Below, one piece after another: positions 48,193 to 58,298 of a stretch of DNA of 64,000 bases. A model generated the notes under the pieces. The model was not told the origin of the DNA, ran no database searches, and worked only from the letters and a program-made list of their open reading frames with translations. The DNA is taken from the NCBI GenBank assembly GCA_019057795.1, contig JAHLWS010000043.1, forward strand, positions 13,746-77,745, written 5' to 3'. Position numbers and translations under genes: made by a program. Numbering within the stretch: position 1 is the first letter of the stretch; each line of letters opens with the position of its first letter. This stretch comes from Promethearchaeota archaeon. GTDB taxonomy: Archaea > Asgardarchaeota > Lokiarchaeia > Sigyniarchaeales > SOKP01.

Positions 48193-48978
48193 TTACTTTC
48201 TCGATGGAATCAGGGCTATTTCGTCGTCATCGTCAATAGGAAAGCCCCTTATCGGCTTAGATTCGTCTAATAAAATCCCCCCAGATGACAATAGAAAATC
48301 TTCTAGATTATAATCAAATAATATTCCAACTTTTTCTTTAATGACACTTACTAATTCAGACGTATCAATAATGAGAATCTTAGTTTTCTCACCTGATTCG
48401 ACTAATGACCTTACATAAACACGTATTTTCTCATCCATTCCAATGGTATGCAATGGTGGGTTGTATATCACCTGTTCCTCAGTTAGGCTCTTGGTTTCTA
48501 ACATATCTTCAATTAACTGTTTTCTCTCGTAAGCGTTAAAATACAACATTTCCCTAATAAAAAATATTTTATCCATTTTTGATAATCCTAAGAGATTAAT
48601 TTTAGCTATTTGCTCTTTACTAAAAATAGTAAAAATATAATCATCCATCGATTCTATTTCTTCAAACGATTCCAACGCATTCGCATATTTATCTACTAAA
48701 GGCATTGCATCAAAGTAATCCTCAAGTAGAGCACTACTTTTTTTCTTAAGTGGTTTTTGTTTAGGAAAAGATTTAATGCCTTTCATCTTCACAATAGGGA
48801 TACTTTTAGATTGAAAAACCGTGTAGATAGTGCCTGTGGATAGCACAGCAACACTCCCAATTGTTAAAAAGAGATATACTGGAACATTTTCTACTTGTAA
48901 AAATATAAGAATCAAATAGATAAATGCAATCCCTACATAAAGAGTAATGAGACTTAATATTCTATAATTCTTTCTCAT
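48193..48978 (-). CDS. Membrane-anchored protein with C-terminal non-conjugatable ubiquitin-like domain
   Basis: Two N-terminal TM helices; C-terminal VYVRSLVESGEKTKIL...IKEKVG...FLLSSGGILLDE...DDDEIALIPSRK aligns with the local ubiquitins but has no terminal Gly. Confidence 0.8.
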   Translation of the reverse strand: MRKNYRILSLITLYVGIAFIYLILIFLQVENVPVYLFLTIGSVAVLSTGTIYTVFQSKSIPIVKMKGIKSFPKQKPLKKKSSALLEDYFDAMPLVDKYANALESFEEIESMDDYIFTIFSKEQIAKINLLGLSKMDKIFFIREMLYFNAYERKQLIEDMLETKSLTEEQVIYNPPLHTIGMDEKIRVYVRSLVESGEKTKILIIDTSELVSVIKEKVGILFDYNLEDFLLSSGGILLDESKPIRGFPIDDDDEIALIPSRK

Positions 48979-49063
48979 GATTTTTACGATAAATTTTTAT
49001 TCAAATTAATTAAAATATAATCAAAATATAAATCCCATTGGTATAAGTTTGAAATTTTAATGT

Positions 49064-49735
49064 TCACCCACCTAAAATTGATGCTCTTATCTTATAGTAC
49101 TTCTCTGTATTGATTTTAAAAGAAACCTTTTTATTTTCTTTTTCGATTGTTACTAAATCCAGATTTTTTAATATTTCAAGATACTTTTTTATAGTATTAT
49201 AATTCTTTTTTAATCCAGTTGCGATTTCAGTACTCTTTAATGTTTTATTTTCTGAAATCATAAAATCAATTATTTTTTGAACGATATCTTGTTTTAAATA
49301 AAAAAATAACAAATCATATTCTGGATTTGAATCATATTCAAAGATTATTTTTTGATTAGCAATTTTTTTTGATCTAGTAAATCTAAATTTTTCTAAACAG
49401 GATAAATGCCATAGTGCTTGATTGCTTCCAATGTTAATGGCTCTCATTATTTCATTAATATTTGATGGATTCTTCTTTATAAAATTATAAATTTCATTTC
49501 TTATGGGATGTTCAATAATATTGTTTTTCATTAATTTTGTTCCAGGAATTAAAATTCTTTTTTTAATGAGATTTTTAATTATAAGCTCAATACTATTTTT
49601 ATTTAGATAAGGGTTAGATTTTACTCTATTATTGATAAATACAACAATATCTTCTATTGAAAAGAAAGGTTTCTTTTTTAAATATTCCCTTATTATATCA
49701 CAAACAATAGATTGAAGGTTATCCGGAGAGCTCAT
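49064..49735 (-). CDS. Tandem winged-helix (ArsR/MarR-like) transcriptional regulator
   Basis: RNEIYNFIKKNP..INEI...WHLSCLE and STEIATGL..NYNTIKKYLEIL. Confidence 0.8.
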   Translation of the reverse strand: MSSPDNLQSIVCDIIREYLKKKPFFSIEDIVVFINNRVKSNPYLNKNSIELIIKNLIKKRILIPGTKLMKNNIIEHPIRNEIYNFIKKNPSNINEIMRAINIGSNQALWHLSCLEKFRFTRSKKIANQKIIFEYDSNPEYDLLFFYLKQDIVQKIIDFMISENKTLKSTEIATGLKKNYNTIKKYLEILKNLDLVTIEKENKKVSFKINTEKYYKIRASILGG

Positions 49736-50006
49736 AAGCTAAAATTTTTATTATGTTAAATGGTCTGAATTTATTAATCAAATCTTCTTTCTAAACAGTA
49801 TTCTCACCAATATATATTAATAAATCGTCATTCAATTTATAAATATATGTTCTTAGGAACTCTACTTAATATATTATTTCGTTTACTTTTTAAAATTAAT
49901 AAAACTTCAAAATCATTCCAATGGGTTTTTTAATATCATTTTAATATCATTTTATTAAATTCTTAAAAAAAAAATAAAATAAAAAAAAAAAGATAAAGTG
50001 ATTTGA

Positions 50007-50339
50007 ATGAGTTTTGACAACGATTTTGATGAGGAATTAGAACCAGTTAAATCTAAAACCCCATCAAGTAAAACACCCTCAACAGGCAGAAAGTTGACTT
50101 TATATTTCATGTCAACTATTGGTCCTGGTGAAAAGAAGGAAAAATTAACTGTGAATGACGCTAATAATGTAAGTGACATTAAACGAACATTAGGAAATTT
50201 ATATGGACTTGATCCTGAAGAATTTCACCTCTCATCCGGAGGAGTTACCATGGATGAGGGTAATCAATTAAAGGATTATAATGTTAGTGATGGCGACGAC
50301 ATTCTCTTGATCCCAGCGAGTACTGCTGGATACTTTTAA
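50007..50339 (+). CDS. Ubiquitin-like modifier precursor (…ASTAG-YF)
   Basis: Paralog of 38922-39332; first gene of the Ub-E1-E2-JAMM-RING operon. Confidence 0.9.
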   Translation: MSFDNDFDEELEPVKSKTPSSKTPSTGRKLTLYFMSTIGPGEKKEKLTVNDANNVSDIKRTLGNLYGLDPEEFHLSSGGVTMDEGNQLKDYNVSDGDDILLIPASTAGYF

Positions 50340-50420
50340 ATACTTCTTTTCATAAAGTTTAATATAAGGGCAATAAGCCCTTCAATTTTTTTATTTTTTC
50401 AATTAATAATAATAATAATA

Positions 50421-51653
50421 GTGATAATATTGGATAAGGAATCAGATTTTTTTGCAAAGGGAATGACAGCAGAAGAGAGAGATTTATATGATCGCCAATT
50501 TCGTTTGGAAGGATGGTCTCAGAATTTGGTAAAAAACTCAAGAGTGTTAATTGTAGGCATTGGTGGGTTAGGTTGCGAAATTGCTAAAAACCTAGCCATG
50601 TTAGGTGTAGGCCATTTAGATCTTGTTGATTTAGACATTATTGAGCATTCCAATTTGAATCGCCAAATTCTTTTTGTTGATGCAAAGTTAGGAGAGCCAA
50701 AAGCTATTGTTGCGGCTAATAAGCTAATCAAGATTAACCCTAATATTACTGTAAAAGGATATCATACCTCCTTAGAAAGGTTAGATCCTGCTTTATATCG
50801 TGCGGCAGATGTTGTTATTGGGGGTCTTGATTCAATGAATGCCCGATTAAACCTAAATGCGCAATGTATACGATTTAGAAAACCACTAGTGGATGCAGGT
50901 GTATCTGGTTATCATGCACATATGTATTCAATCTTTCCGTATCGGAATGCTTGTTATGAATGTAATCCACTGCCAATAGGGGAAAGTGATGAAATGGCAG
51001 CCTGTACAGTAGTAGGGATCCCCCGAAAACGGATTCATTGTGTTTTTAAAGGAGACATGGCTTTTAAAGAAAAATTTGATAGAGATCCGAACCCAAAAAA
51101 TATAAAGGAAATTGAATTTATCCAAAAAGTTGCAAATGAATTAGTGAATAAGCATAATTTCCTACCTGAATATACTTCTGATGATATCGTTAAAATAATT
51201 GATCGTCATGATCCTGGGATCATTACTATTAATGCTGTTATTTCTGCTTTAGAATCACATGAAGCTGTGAAAATCTTGCATTGGAAAAGAGGTCATAAAG
51301 GTTTAGGAATGCCCATTTCAAGTTATGTTATATTTAATGGAATGACAATGAAACTGTATCATATTGAAAAGAAGAGAAATCCGGAATGTTCTCAATGTGG
51401 TAAAAATGTAAGACGTGTTGCTATAAAAATGAAAGCTCAATCACCCTGTATGAACATAATTAGAACGTTGCAAAAGAATGGATTTGAATTGGAACCTGAA
51501 TTTGAACCAGTTGTTACCTTACAGGATTTCAATGACATCGTGGTTTTAGATTTAGAGCAAAATGTAATCGAAAATGGATTAAGAAACTACGAATTTCTGA
51601 CCGTTGTGGGGTTTAAGGGTGGAGAAATTTATGTTACTTTAAAATTAAAATAA
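50421..51653 (+). CDS. Ubiquitin-activating enzyme E1
   Basis: YDRQ, GIGGLG, SNLNRQ, CYEC, catalytic ACTVVGIPR...HC, CSQC. Confidence 0.93.
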   Translation: MIILDKESDFFAKGMTAEERDLYDRQFRLEGWSQNLVKNSRVLIVGIGGLGCEIAKNLAMLGVGHLDLVDLDIIEHSNLNRQILFVDAKLGEPKAIVAANKLIKINPNITVKGYHTSLERLDPALYRAADVVIGGLDSMNARLNLNAQCIRFRKPLVDAGVSGYHAHMYSIFPYRNACYECNPLPIGESDEMAACTVVGIPRKRIHCVFKGDMAFKEKFDRDPNPKNIKEIEFIQKVANELVNKHNFLPEYTSDDIVKIIDRHDPGIITINAVISALESHEAVKILHWKRGHKGLGMPISSYVIFNGMTMKLYHIEKKRNPECSQCGKNVRRVAIKMKAQSPCMNIIRTLQKNGFELEPEFEPVVTLQDFNDIVVLDLEQNVIENGLRNYEFLTVVGFKGGEIYVTLKLK

Positions 51654-51690
51654 AAATTAAGTCAAAAATGATTTTTGAGAAAAATCTATT

Positions 51691-51726
51691 AAAAAAAAAG
51701 TATAAAAAAAAAGTATAAAAAAAAAG
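51691..51726 (+). repeat. Short tandem repeat of A9GTAT units between E1 and E2
   Basis: aaaaaaaaagtat aaaaaaaaagtat aaaaaaaaag. Confidence 0.6.
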
Positions 51727-51747
51727 AAAATAAAAAGGGTTGAGAAA

Positions 51748-52275
51748 ATGAGTATAAGAACTAGTCGAGTTTCCCGAGATTTTGCGGGGCTAAAAAAGTT
51801 GTTAAAGCAAGGTACCATTATCCAATTAAAACCATTTAATCCGAAAAAGAAGAGTATTGATCATTTAGCAATCACAATTAAAGGTCCTAAAGGTACAGTT
51901 TATGCAGGTGGATTGTTTAAGTTGGAAATGAAATTCCCTGCTCAGTATCCTAAGCGCCCTCCTTTCGTAAGATTGCATACTCCAATTTGGCATCCAAATT
52001 TTTGGCCAAAACCAAGTGAATACAAAGGACAGAGAAATATTTGTTTAGCTTTAGTAGATCCTTCTTTAACTGGTAAAAAAGGGGGATGGAGTCCTTCAAA
52101 AACAGCAGTTACTGTTGTTCAAGCAATAATTGCCATGTTAAACACCCGTGGTAAATATGTTAATCCCACTGATGTTTTTAATAAGAAAGCTGCAATAGAA
52201 ATGATGAAAAATCAGAAATTTTTTGAGAAAAAGGTCAAAAATTTAGTAAAGAAATACGCAAAAGATAAATGGTGA
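51748..52275 (+). CDS. Ubiquitin-conjugating enzyme E2
   Basis: GPKGTVYAGGLF, FPAQYPKRPP, IWHPN, catalytic ICL, WSPS. Confidence 0.95.
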   Translation: MSIRTSRVSRDFAGLKKLLKQGTIIQLKPFNPKKKSIDHLAITIKGPKGTVYAGGLFKLEMKFPAQYPKRPPFVRLHTPIWHPNFWPKPSEYKGQRNICLALVDPSLTGKKGGWSPSKTAVTVVQAIIAMLNTRGKYVNPTDVFNKKAAIEMMKNQKFFEKKVKNLVKKYAKDKW

Positions 52276-52282
52276 ATTTATA

Positions 52283-53080
52283 ATGAATATTGATGATAAT
52301 GCACTCAGAGAGGCAATAAAACAGAAAATTAAGGAAAAAATTAAAAAGGAATTACTTGAAGAAGTATATACCGAATTACAACTAGAAGAATTGCAGGAAG
52401 AATTAACCACTGAACTTATTAAAGCAAGGCCTTTAGAACATTCAAAAGAAATTAAAGCCAAACTTGAGCCAATTCCTATGGAACCAATAAAAACTGTAGC
52501 TAGCAATGACAGAATTGAAGCTAAAATAGCTATCACTACAAAAGCCATTCTTAAGATAGCTAGCCATTCTTTAAAATATGCACATTCTAAAATACGAAGA
52601 GAGAATTGGGTTGAAGTAATAGGGTTGCTTGCAGGATTATACGATAATAGAAAAGGAATTCTCCATGTTGAAGATGCGTATCCGATGGGGCATGGTACAG
52701 CAGTATATGCTGAAATTAAAGATTATAAAAATTATGTTAGAGCCTACAAAGATATTAAAAAAGATAATCTGTTTATTTGTGGATGGTATCATTCTCATCC
52801 TTCTTATGGATGTTTTATGTCACGAGAAGACTTAGGAACTCAAGTAAGATATCAAAAATTATGGGATAAAGCTATTGCGCTTGTTATTGATCCATATCAG
52901 ATTAACGGGAAATCTTTAGGTTTTGAAATTTATCGTGCTAATTTTAAAACAAAAAAATGGTTTTCAATTCCGTTTGATATTAAGGGGCATTTAGATGTGA
53001 GAATGTTACCAGAAATTTTAGAATTTATAAATCCTATTATTGAAGGAAAACCAGTTTATTTAGAATATGATGAAGAATAA
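52283..53080 (+). CDS. JAB1/MPN (JAMM) isopeptidase
   Basis: EVIGLL, GWYHSHPSYGCFMSRED, LVIDP. Confidence 0.93.
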   Translation: MNIDDNALREAIKQKIKEKIKKELLEEVYTELQLEELQEELTTELIKARPLEHSKEIKAKLEPIPMEPIKTVASNDRIEAKIAITTKAILKIASHSLKYAHSKIRRENWVEVIGLLAGLYDNRKGILHVEDAYPMGHGTAVYAEIKDYKNYVRAYKDIKKDNLFICGWYHSHPSYGCFMSREDLGTQVRYQKLWDKAIALVIDPYQINGKSLGFEIYRANFKTKKWFSIPFDIKGHLDVRMLPEILEFINPIIEGKPVYLEYDEE

Positions 53081-53109
53081 TGAATAGTTTTTAAGGTGAA
53101 AATTAAACT

Positions 53110-54234
53110 ATGGTAAAAAAAAAAGTGTTAAGGATAATAGCTATTATTTTTCTAATAATTGGCTTAATTCATAGTTTAATCTCATATTCTTTAACTATTT
53201 TTTTTACGTGGTTATTGGTCGGATTTTGGATAATATTGATAATAAAGATTTTTGAAAATATCAAGCGCCACCGTGAGTTTAATTCACCACATAATACTGC
53301 ATTTTTTGTGATTCTCCCATTATTTATCGGGATTTTTTACTCCATATGGGGTTCTTTTACTGGACTATTGGGAGAGAGTCTTATCGGTGGCGTATATTTT
53401 AGTTTTTGGAGTCTAATTTTTGCTTTTCCATTTGTAATGTATGGTTTATATTCTTTATATCTTTGTTTTAAGAAATATAATGTAATCTATTTTGGAAGAA
53501 AATCAGTAAAAGCAAGGATATTGGGATATATTCTATCATTCTCAGTTCTTATTCTTATAATTGCCTATTGGATAACTTTATATAATTTAATTGAATTTTC
53601 TCCATTAGACTTAAATCTCCTATTACTTTTCATAGCTATAGTTTTAATATTAATTGTTTTTGGATTTACTAGTACTGGTCCATCAATACCAACGTTAACT
53701 CGGAATTACATTGCTGAACGTACTAGAAGGATCAATAATTTGACCACACCTTCAACCCAGAGACAAAGAGTACGCACAACACGTACAACTAATACATCTC
53801 CATCAATTAGAACAACTACACGTACAACAAGATCTAGAACCCAATCGTCAAGAATAACTCCTACATCACACAGACAAACGGCAAGGACTAGAACAACAAA
53901 TACTACACGTACTACTCGTGTTAAACCAACTTCAAAAGTTCGTGATCTAAATAAATATAAACCAAGAGCATCATATCTTACAGTAGATGACTTCAAATGT
54001 ATCTTTTGTTTTAATTTACCAAAGCTTCCTGGAGATAGAGGTAGAGGAATAGTTATATGTCCAAATTGCAGATATCCCGCTCATGCTGATGAATTTAAAG
54101 ATTGGATGCGAACTTCAAACCTCTGCTCACGTTGTAGTGCTGTTATACCATCAGGTTTTAGGCATAATCCTAGAATTGTATCTGTAAAAAATTATTTAAT
54201 TATCTATAGACATTTTTTAAAGAAGAAAAGATAG
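53110..54234 (+). CDS. Multi-TM RING-type E3 ligase candidate
   Basis: About 6 TM helices, Thr/Arg/Ser-rich linker, CIFC...CPNC-x4-H...W...CSRC. Confidence 0.8.
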   Translation: MVKKKVLRIIAIIFLIIGLIHSLISYSLTIFFTWLLVGFWIILIIKIFENIKRHREFNSPHNTAFFVILPLFIGIFYSIWGSFTGLLGESLIGGVYFSFWSLIFAFPFVMYGLYSLYLCFKKYNVIYFGRKSVKARILGYILSFSVLILIIAYWITLYNLIEFSPLDLNLLLLFIAIVLILIVFGFTSTGPSIPTLTRNYIAERTRRINNLTTPSTQRQRVRTTRTTNTSPSIRTTTRTTRSRTQSSRITPTSHRQTARTRTTNTTRTTRVKPTSKVRDLNKYKPRASYLTVDDFKCIFCFNLPKLPGDRGRGIVICPNCRYPAHADEFKDWMRTSNLCSRCSAVIPSGFRHNPRIVSVKNYLIIYRHFLKKKR

Positions 54235-54270
54235 GCAAAGATAAAGACAAAATCAATAAATTAATTCTCT

Positions 54271-55233
54271 CTATTTTATTCGATGTCTTATAGAGTTCTT
54301 TATTTCTCCAATAGTGGTCTTTAGACAGGCAAAAACATTATGTGGGTGAATCGATTCGAAACTTTCAATTTTAAAAGTAATTTTGAAATCATTTTCTAAA
54401 TTGGGAAAGTCTCTTAAAATAAAGTTTTTTGCCATTTCTCTTACTACATCTTCAGAAAATAGTGGTTTTAAATGAGCTATTCTGACAAGTTCGGCTTCTT
54501 CAGGTCTTTTCAGAACAGACTGTATTTTTCCACTCATCGATTCTTCAATAATATCAATGATATCTAACACATCTATCCTATTGTTATTTAAATCTTTTAT
54601 TTGAACTATTATAGTCCCAATTGAACGTTGATTATGAGAGCTAAATGGTAGGATATTAAGAAGAGTTTTAACCACATCATCAGAAAGGTTAATATCTTGC
54701 CTATTTTTAATAATTTCCTCAGCGTATTCTTGACTCATTTCCTTTGCACAGGGGCAAACCGTCATACCAACAGCACTTGCTCCTATGTAATAACTAAAAT
54801 CGACTTTGTCTTGTTCTTTCTTCTTTGCCTTTACAAACGAGCTAATCTCATATGCTTTCTGGATGGTTCTCTGTTGTTCGTCTTTAACTTGTACAATTAT
54901 TTTTCCTTCTAATTTTACATGAATCTTTTCGGTATACGGATGCCGTTCTAACAATTTTCTAGCAATCCTGTCTCCGACTAATTCAACCGATGGAGTGGGT
55001 TTAAAAATTACTTCATTTATAATTTCTTCAATAGTTTCTGAGGTTCGGGACATATGAATGCCACGCTGTTTAGCTGGTAAAGATATTAAGGCGGATATTT
55101 TTGGATAAAAAGAAAACCGTTTATTTTCGTGAATAATCTCAACTTTTTTTTCTACTCCAACGATCCCAACTTGATCGATGGGAATATCAACAATCGAACC
55201 AGAGCCTTGTAAATCTTTTTTAAACTGATGAAT
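54271..55233 (-). CDS. mptA: GTP cyclohydrolase MptA/FolE2 family (probable ATT start at 55233)
   Basis: DLQ...IDQVGI...RGIHMSR, GMTVCPCA, SHNQR, LKRPEE, FSED, ESIHPHN; frame open 60 codons upstream of the track ATG. Confidence 0.9.
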   Translation of the reverse strand: MHQFKKDLQGSGSIVDIPIDQVGIVGVEKKVEIIHENKRFSFYPKISALISLPAKQRGIHMSRTSETIEEIINEVIFKPTPSVELVGDRIARKLLERHPYTEKIHVKLEGKIIVQVKDEQQRTIQKAYEISSFVKAKKKEQDKVDFSYYIGASAVGMTVCPCAKEMSQEYAEEIIKNRQDINLSDDVVKTLLNILPFSSHNQRSIGTIIVQIKDLNNNRIDVLDIIDIIEESMSGKIQSVLKRPEEAELVRIAHLKPLFSEDVVREMAKNFILRDFPNLENDFKITFKIESFESIHPHNVFACLKTTIGEIKNSIRHRIK

Positions 55234-55352
55234 TAATTAACACCAATTTTTTTGCTCGTTATTTATATGAAGTACCAATTTTTATAATTTTTATAATATA
55301 TTTTCTATTATATTATTTCTTGAAATAGGAATAAATAAAATTTGAAATTAAT

Positions 55353-56525
55353 ATGCCTAAAACTGCGATATATAGTAAATATGGTCTAATTGGAGACGAT
55401 TTAGAGCTAAAAAAAAATATTTCAATAGAAGTGGATAAAGACGGAAAGATTAATTCAATTTCTTACGAAAATATTACGGATAATGTTGATATCTCGAGGA
55501 AAGGACGAAGTACTTTATTAGTCCCAGGATTAATTAATTCCCATATTCATATTGGCGATAGTTTTGCGAAAGAGGAGGGATTTAACAAAGATTTAATCGA
55601 TGTTGTTGCCCCTCCAAATGGATTAAAGCATGAATTGTTAAAAACAATCTCTAGCGAAATTAAAATAGAAGGAATAAAAAAAGCAGTTTTAGAAATGCTA
55701 GCAAATGGCATAACATTCTTTGTGGACTTTCGAGAAAATGGGTTAAAAGGTGTTGATCTTTTAAAAGAAACTTTAAAAAATTCTCCTATTAATAAACTCA
55801 TTTTAGGAAGAGATATTAATTCAGTTGATGTGGAAACTGTATTTAAAAATGCAGATGGCTTAGGATTTGCTAGTTATAAGCATCTTTCTCCTAAAAGCAA
55901 AGAAAAATTAAGTAGTTTAAAAAAAGTATATTTAAAAAAAATTATAGCGTGCCACGACGCTGAACTCTCGAGAAACGAGCCACTTTTTAATGAAATAATA
56001 CACGATGATTTAATCGATGTAATTATACATGGTACTCATTATACAAGAGAAGATTTAGAGAGAATAAAGGGTAGAAATATTTCTATAGTTTTATGTCCTC
56101 GATGTAATGGTTATTTTGGAGTTGGATTTCCACCAATAAACGAAATTAATAGTTTAAATATTCCTGTAAGTTTAGGGACTGATAATGTAATGGCAAATAC
56201 AATTGATTTGTTCGAAGAAATGCGTTATCTATATAGAATTTCTCGTGTTTTATCAACTGATAAAAGTAATAATAATCTTTCTTCAAAAGATTTGTTGAAA
56301 ATGGTAAGCATTAATGCTGCTAAAAATTTTGGGCTAGAAAAAGAATTTGGGTCAATTTCAGAGGGGAAATACGCTGATTTTTTTTTACTAAATTTATCTG
56401 ACCCGAACTATTATTCATATAAGATTGATCATAAAAACATTTATCCGATTATTGTCCAAAGATCAAAGTCTGAAAATATCAGAAAAACATATATTAAAGG
56501 CGAGGTAGTATTTGAAAGGAAATAA
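55353..56525 (+). CDS. Metal-dependent amidohydrolase (deaminase family)
   Basis: PGLINSHIHIGDS, HDAE, IHGTH, LGTDN, GKYAD. Confidence 0.9.
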   Translation: MPKTAIYSKYGLIGDDLELKKNISIEVDKDGKINSISYENITDNVDISRKGRSTLLVPGLINSHIHIGDSFAKEEGFNKDLIDVVAPPNGLKHELLKTISSEIKIEGIKKAVLEMLANGITFFVDFRENGLKGVDLLKETLKNSPINKLILGRDINSVDVETVFKNADGLGFASYKHLSPKSKEKLSSLKKVYLKKIIACHDAELSRNEPLFNEIIHDDLIDVIIHGTHYTREDLERIKGRNISIVLCPRCNGYFGVGFPPINEINSLNIPVSLGTDNVMANTIDLFEEMRYLYRISRVLSTDKSNNNLSSKDLLKMVSINAAKNFGLEKEFGSISEGKYADFFLLNLSDPNYYSYKIDHKNIYPIIVQRSKSENIRKTYIKGEVVFERK

Positions 56526-57180
56526 GCATCCTTACATAATTTTAAGCGCAGCTATGACAATTGACGGTAAAATAGCTTCTAAGATGGGAGACCCAGACAT
56601 TTCTGACGAAGAAGACTGGAAAGCTGTACATAAACTAAGAACAGAGGTTGATGCAATTATGGTTGGTAAAGGGACGATTTTAAAAGATAATCCAAAGCTT
56701 CATATTAAATATTACGATCATAACGGATATTATCGAATTGTGTTAGATAGTACTCTTTCAATACCAATTGATTCAAATGTGATAAAATATAAACCAGAAG
56801 TTTACCCCACGATCATATGTATAACTGAAAATGTTCCTTTGGAGAAAATAAAAGATTTCGAATTAAAAAACGTTAAGATTATAAAATCAGGTAAAGGGAG
56901 CAGAGTTGATGTAGTTCAATTAATGTCAATTTTATATCAAAATGGTATAAAAAAAATTCTACTAGAGGGAGGTGGCAATTTGAATTGGAGTTTTATTAAA
57001 GATAATTTAGTAGACGAAATAAGGTTAACAATTGCTCCTTGGATCGTTGGCGGTAAAGATGCTATTAGCCTAGTAGAGGGAGAGGGCTTTTCAAAAATGC
57101 TTGATAGCCCTAAATATTTCTTATCTGATGTAGATCATAGAAGTAATTACGTAATTCTAAAATATAAAAAAGGAAAATGA
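56512..57180 (+). CDS. arfC: 2,5-diamino-6-ribosylamino-4(3H)-pyrimidinone 5'-phosphate reductase (RibD C-terminal type)
   Basis: AAMTIDGKI, HKLR, DAIMVGKGT..DNP, LEGGG. Confidence 0.85.
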   Translation: MKGNKHPYIILSAAMTIDGKIASKMGDPDISDEEDWKAVHKLRTEVDAIMVGKGTILKDNPKLHIKYYDHNGYYRIVLDSTLSIPIDSNVIKYKPEVYPTIICITENVPLEKIKDFELKNVKIIKSGKGSRVDVVQLMSILYQNGIKKILLEGGGNLNWSFIKDNLVDEIRLTIAPWIVGGKDAISLVEGEGFSKMLDSPKYFLSDVDHRSNYVILKYKKGK

Positions 57181-58298
57181 CGGAAGATACAAAAAAAGTA
57201 AAAGAATTAAAATCTTTATCAATCAGAAAGTTAAAAGAAAAAGTTAATGAAATAAAAAATGAGTTAGATAAAGAAGAGCAAAAAATTATAACATATTCTA
57301 AGAATTTCACCCTTTCCCTTTCAAATTATTGTCAAAATCAATGCGGATATTGTTTTTATAATTATAGGATCGCTAAAGAAACGGGGGAAAAAAATGTTGT
57401 GTTAATTGAAGATGAAAAAATCGATTTGATAATTCAAAATGCGGCGCAATATGGATGCAAGGAAGCTTTATTAATGTCAGGTGAATTTCCAGATAGTTTT
57501 CAAATAGTTCAGAAAGAATTAGAAAAAAGAAACTATAGCAATTTCAACAAATTTGTTAAAAATTTAAGCAAAAATCTATTAAACATGAATTTTTTACCTC
57601 ATACCAACATTGGCTTGCTTACATTTGAGCAATTAAAAAGTTTAAAGGATTATAACGCTAGTATGGGTTTAATGTTAGAGAGTACTTGCAAAAATCTTTT
57701 TAAAAGCGGTGGAGTTCACGAAAACTCGCCTGGTAAAATACCCGAAAATCGAATCGAACACTTTAAAAATGCGGGAAAGTTAAAAATTCCCTTCACTACT
57801 GGTTTATTATTAGGAATTGGAGAGAGTTTTGAAGATAGGATAAAAGATCTGTTTTTAATTAAGGAAATCAATCTTCAATATGGTCATATACAAGAAGTTA
57901 TCATACAAAACTTTATAGAGAAAAAGGGTATACGATATAATCCAGGAACCCCCATAACTATTGAAGAAACCCTCAAAACTGCTGGAATCGCAAAATTAAT
58001 ATTTGAAAATGAGATTGCTATTCAAGTACCACCCAATTTAATCCAGAATTACGAAAAAGAAGCCATCGAAATGGGTATTGATGATTTTGGTGGAATCTCC
58101 CCTTTTACTTTAGATTATATCAACCCGGAACATCCTTGGCCTAAAATTGATTATTTAAAAAAGATTTGCAAACGAGATGGATATAAACTTAAAGAAAGAC
58201 TCCCAATATATAAAAAATATATTAATAAAATAGGATTCTGTTCAGAAAATATTAAAAAAACCATAGATAATATTAATCTAAATGCCTCAGATATATAA
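57177..58298 (+). CDS. cofG: FO synthase subunit 1 (radical SAM)
   Basis: ITYSKN, CQNQCGYC, LPHTN, SMGLMLE, GHIQEVIIQNF, QVPPNL, DYINPE.PWP. Confidence 0.93.
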   Translation: MTEDTKKVKELKSLSIRKLKEKVNEIKNELDKEEQKIITYSKNFTLSLSNYCQNQCGYCFYNYRIAKETGEKNVVLIEDEKIDLIIQNAAQYGCKEALLMSGEFPDSFQIVQKELEKRNYSNFNKFVKNLSKNLLNMNFLPHTNIGLLTFEQLKSLKDYNASMGLMLESTCKNLFKSGGVHENSPGKIPENRIEHFKNAGKLKIPFTTGLLLGIGESFEDRIKDLFLIKEINLQYGHIQEVIIQNFIEKKGIRYNPGTPITIEETLKTAGIAKLIFENEIAIQVPPNLIQNYEKEAIEMGIDDFGGISPFTLDYINPEHPWPKIDYLKKICKRDGYKLKERLPIYKKYINKIGFCSENIKKTIDNINLNASDI

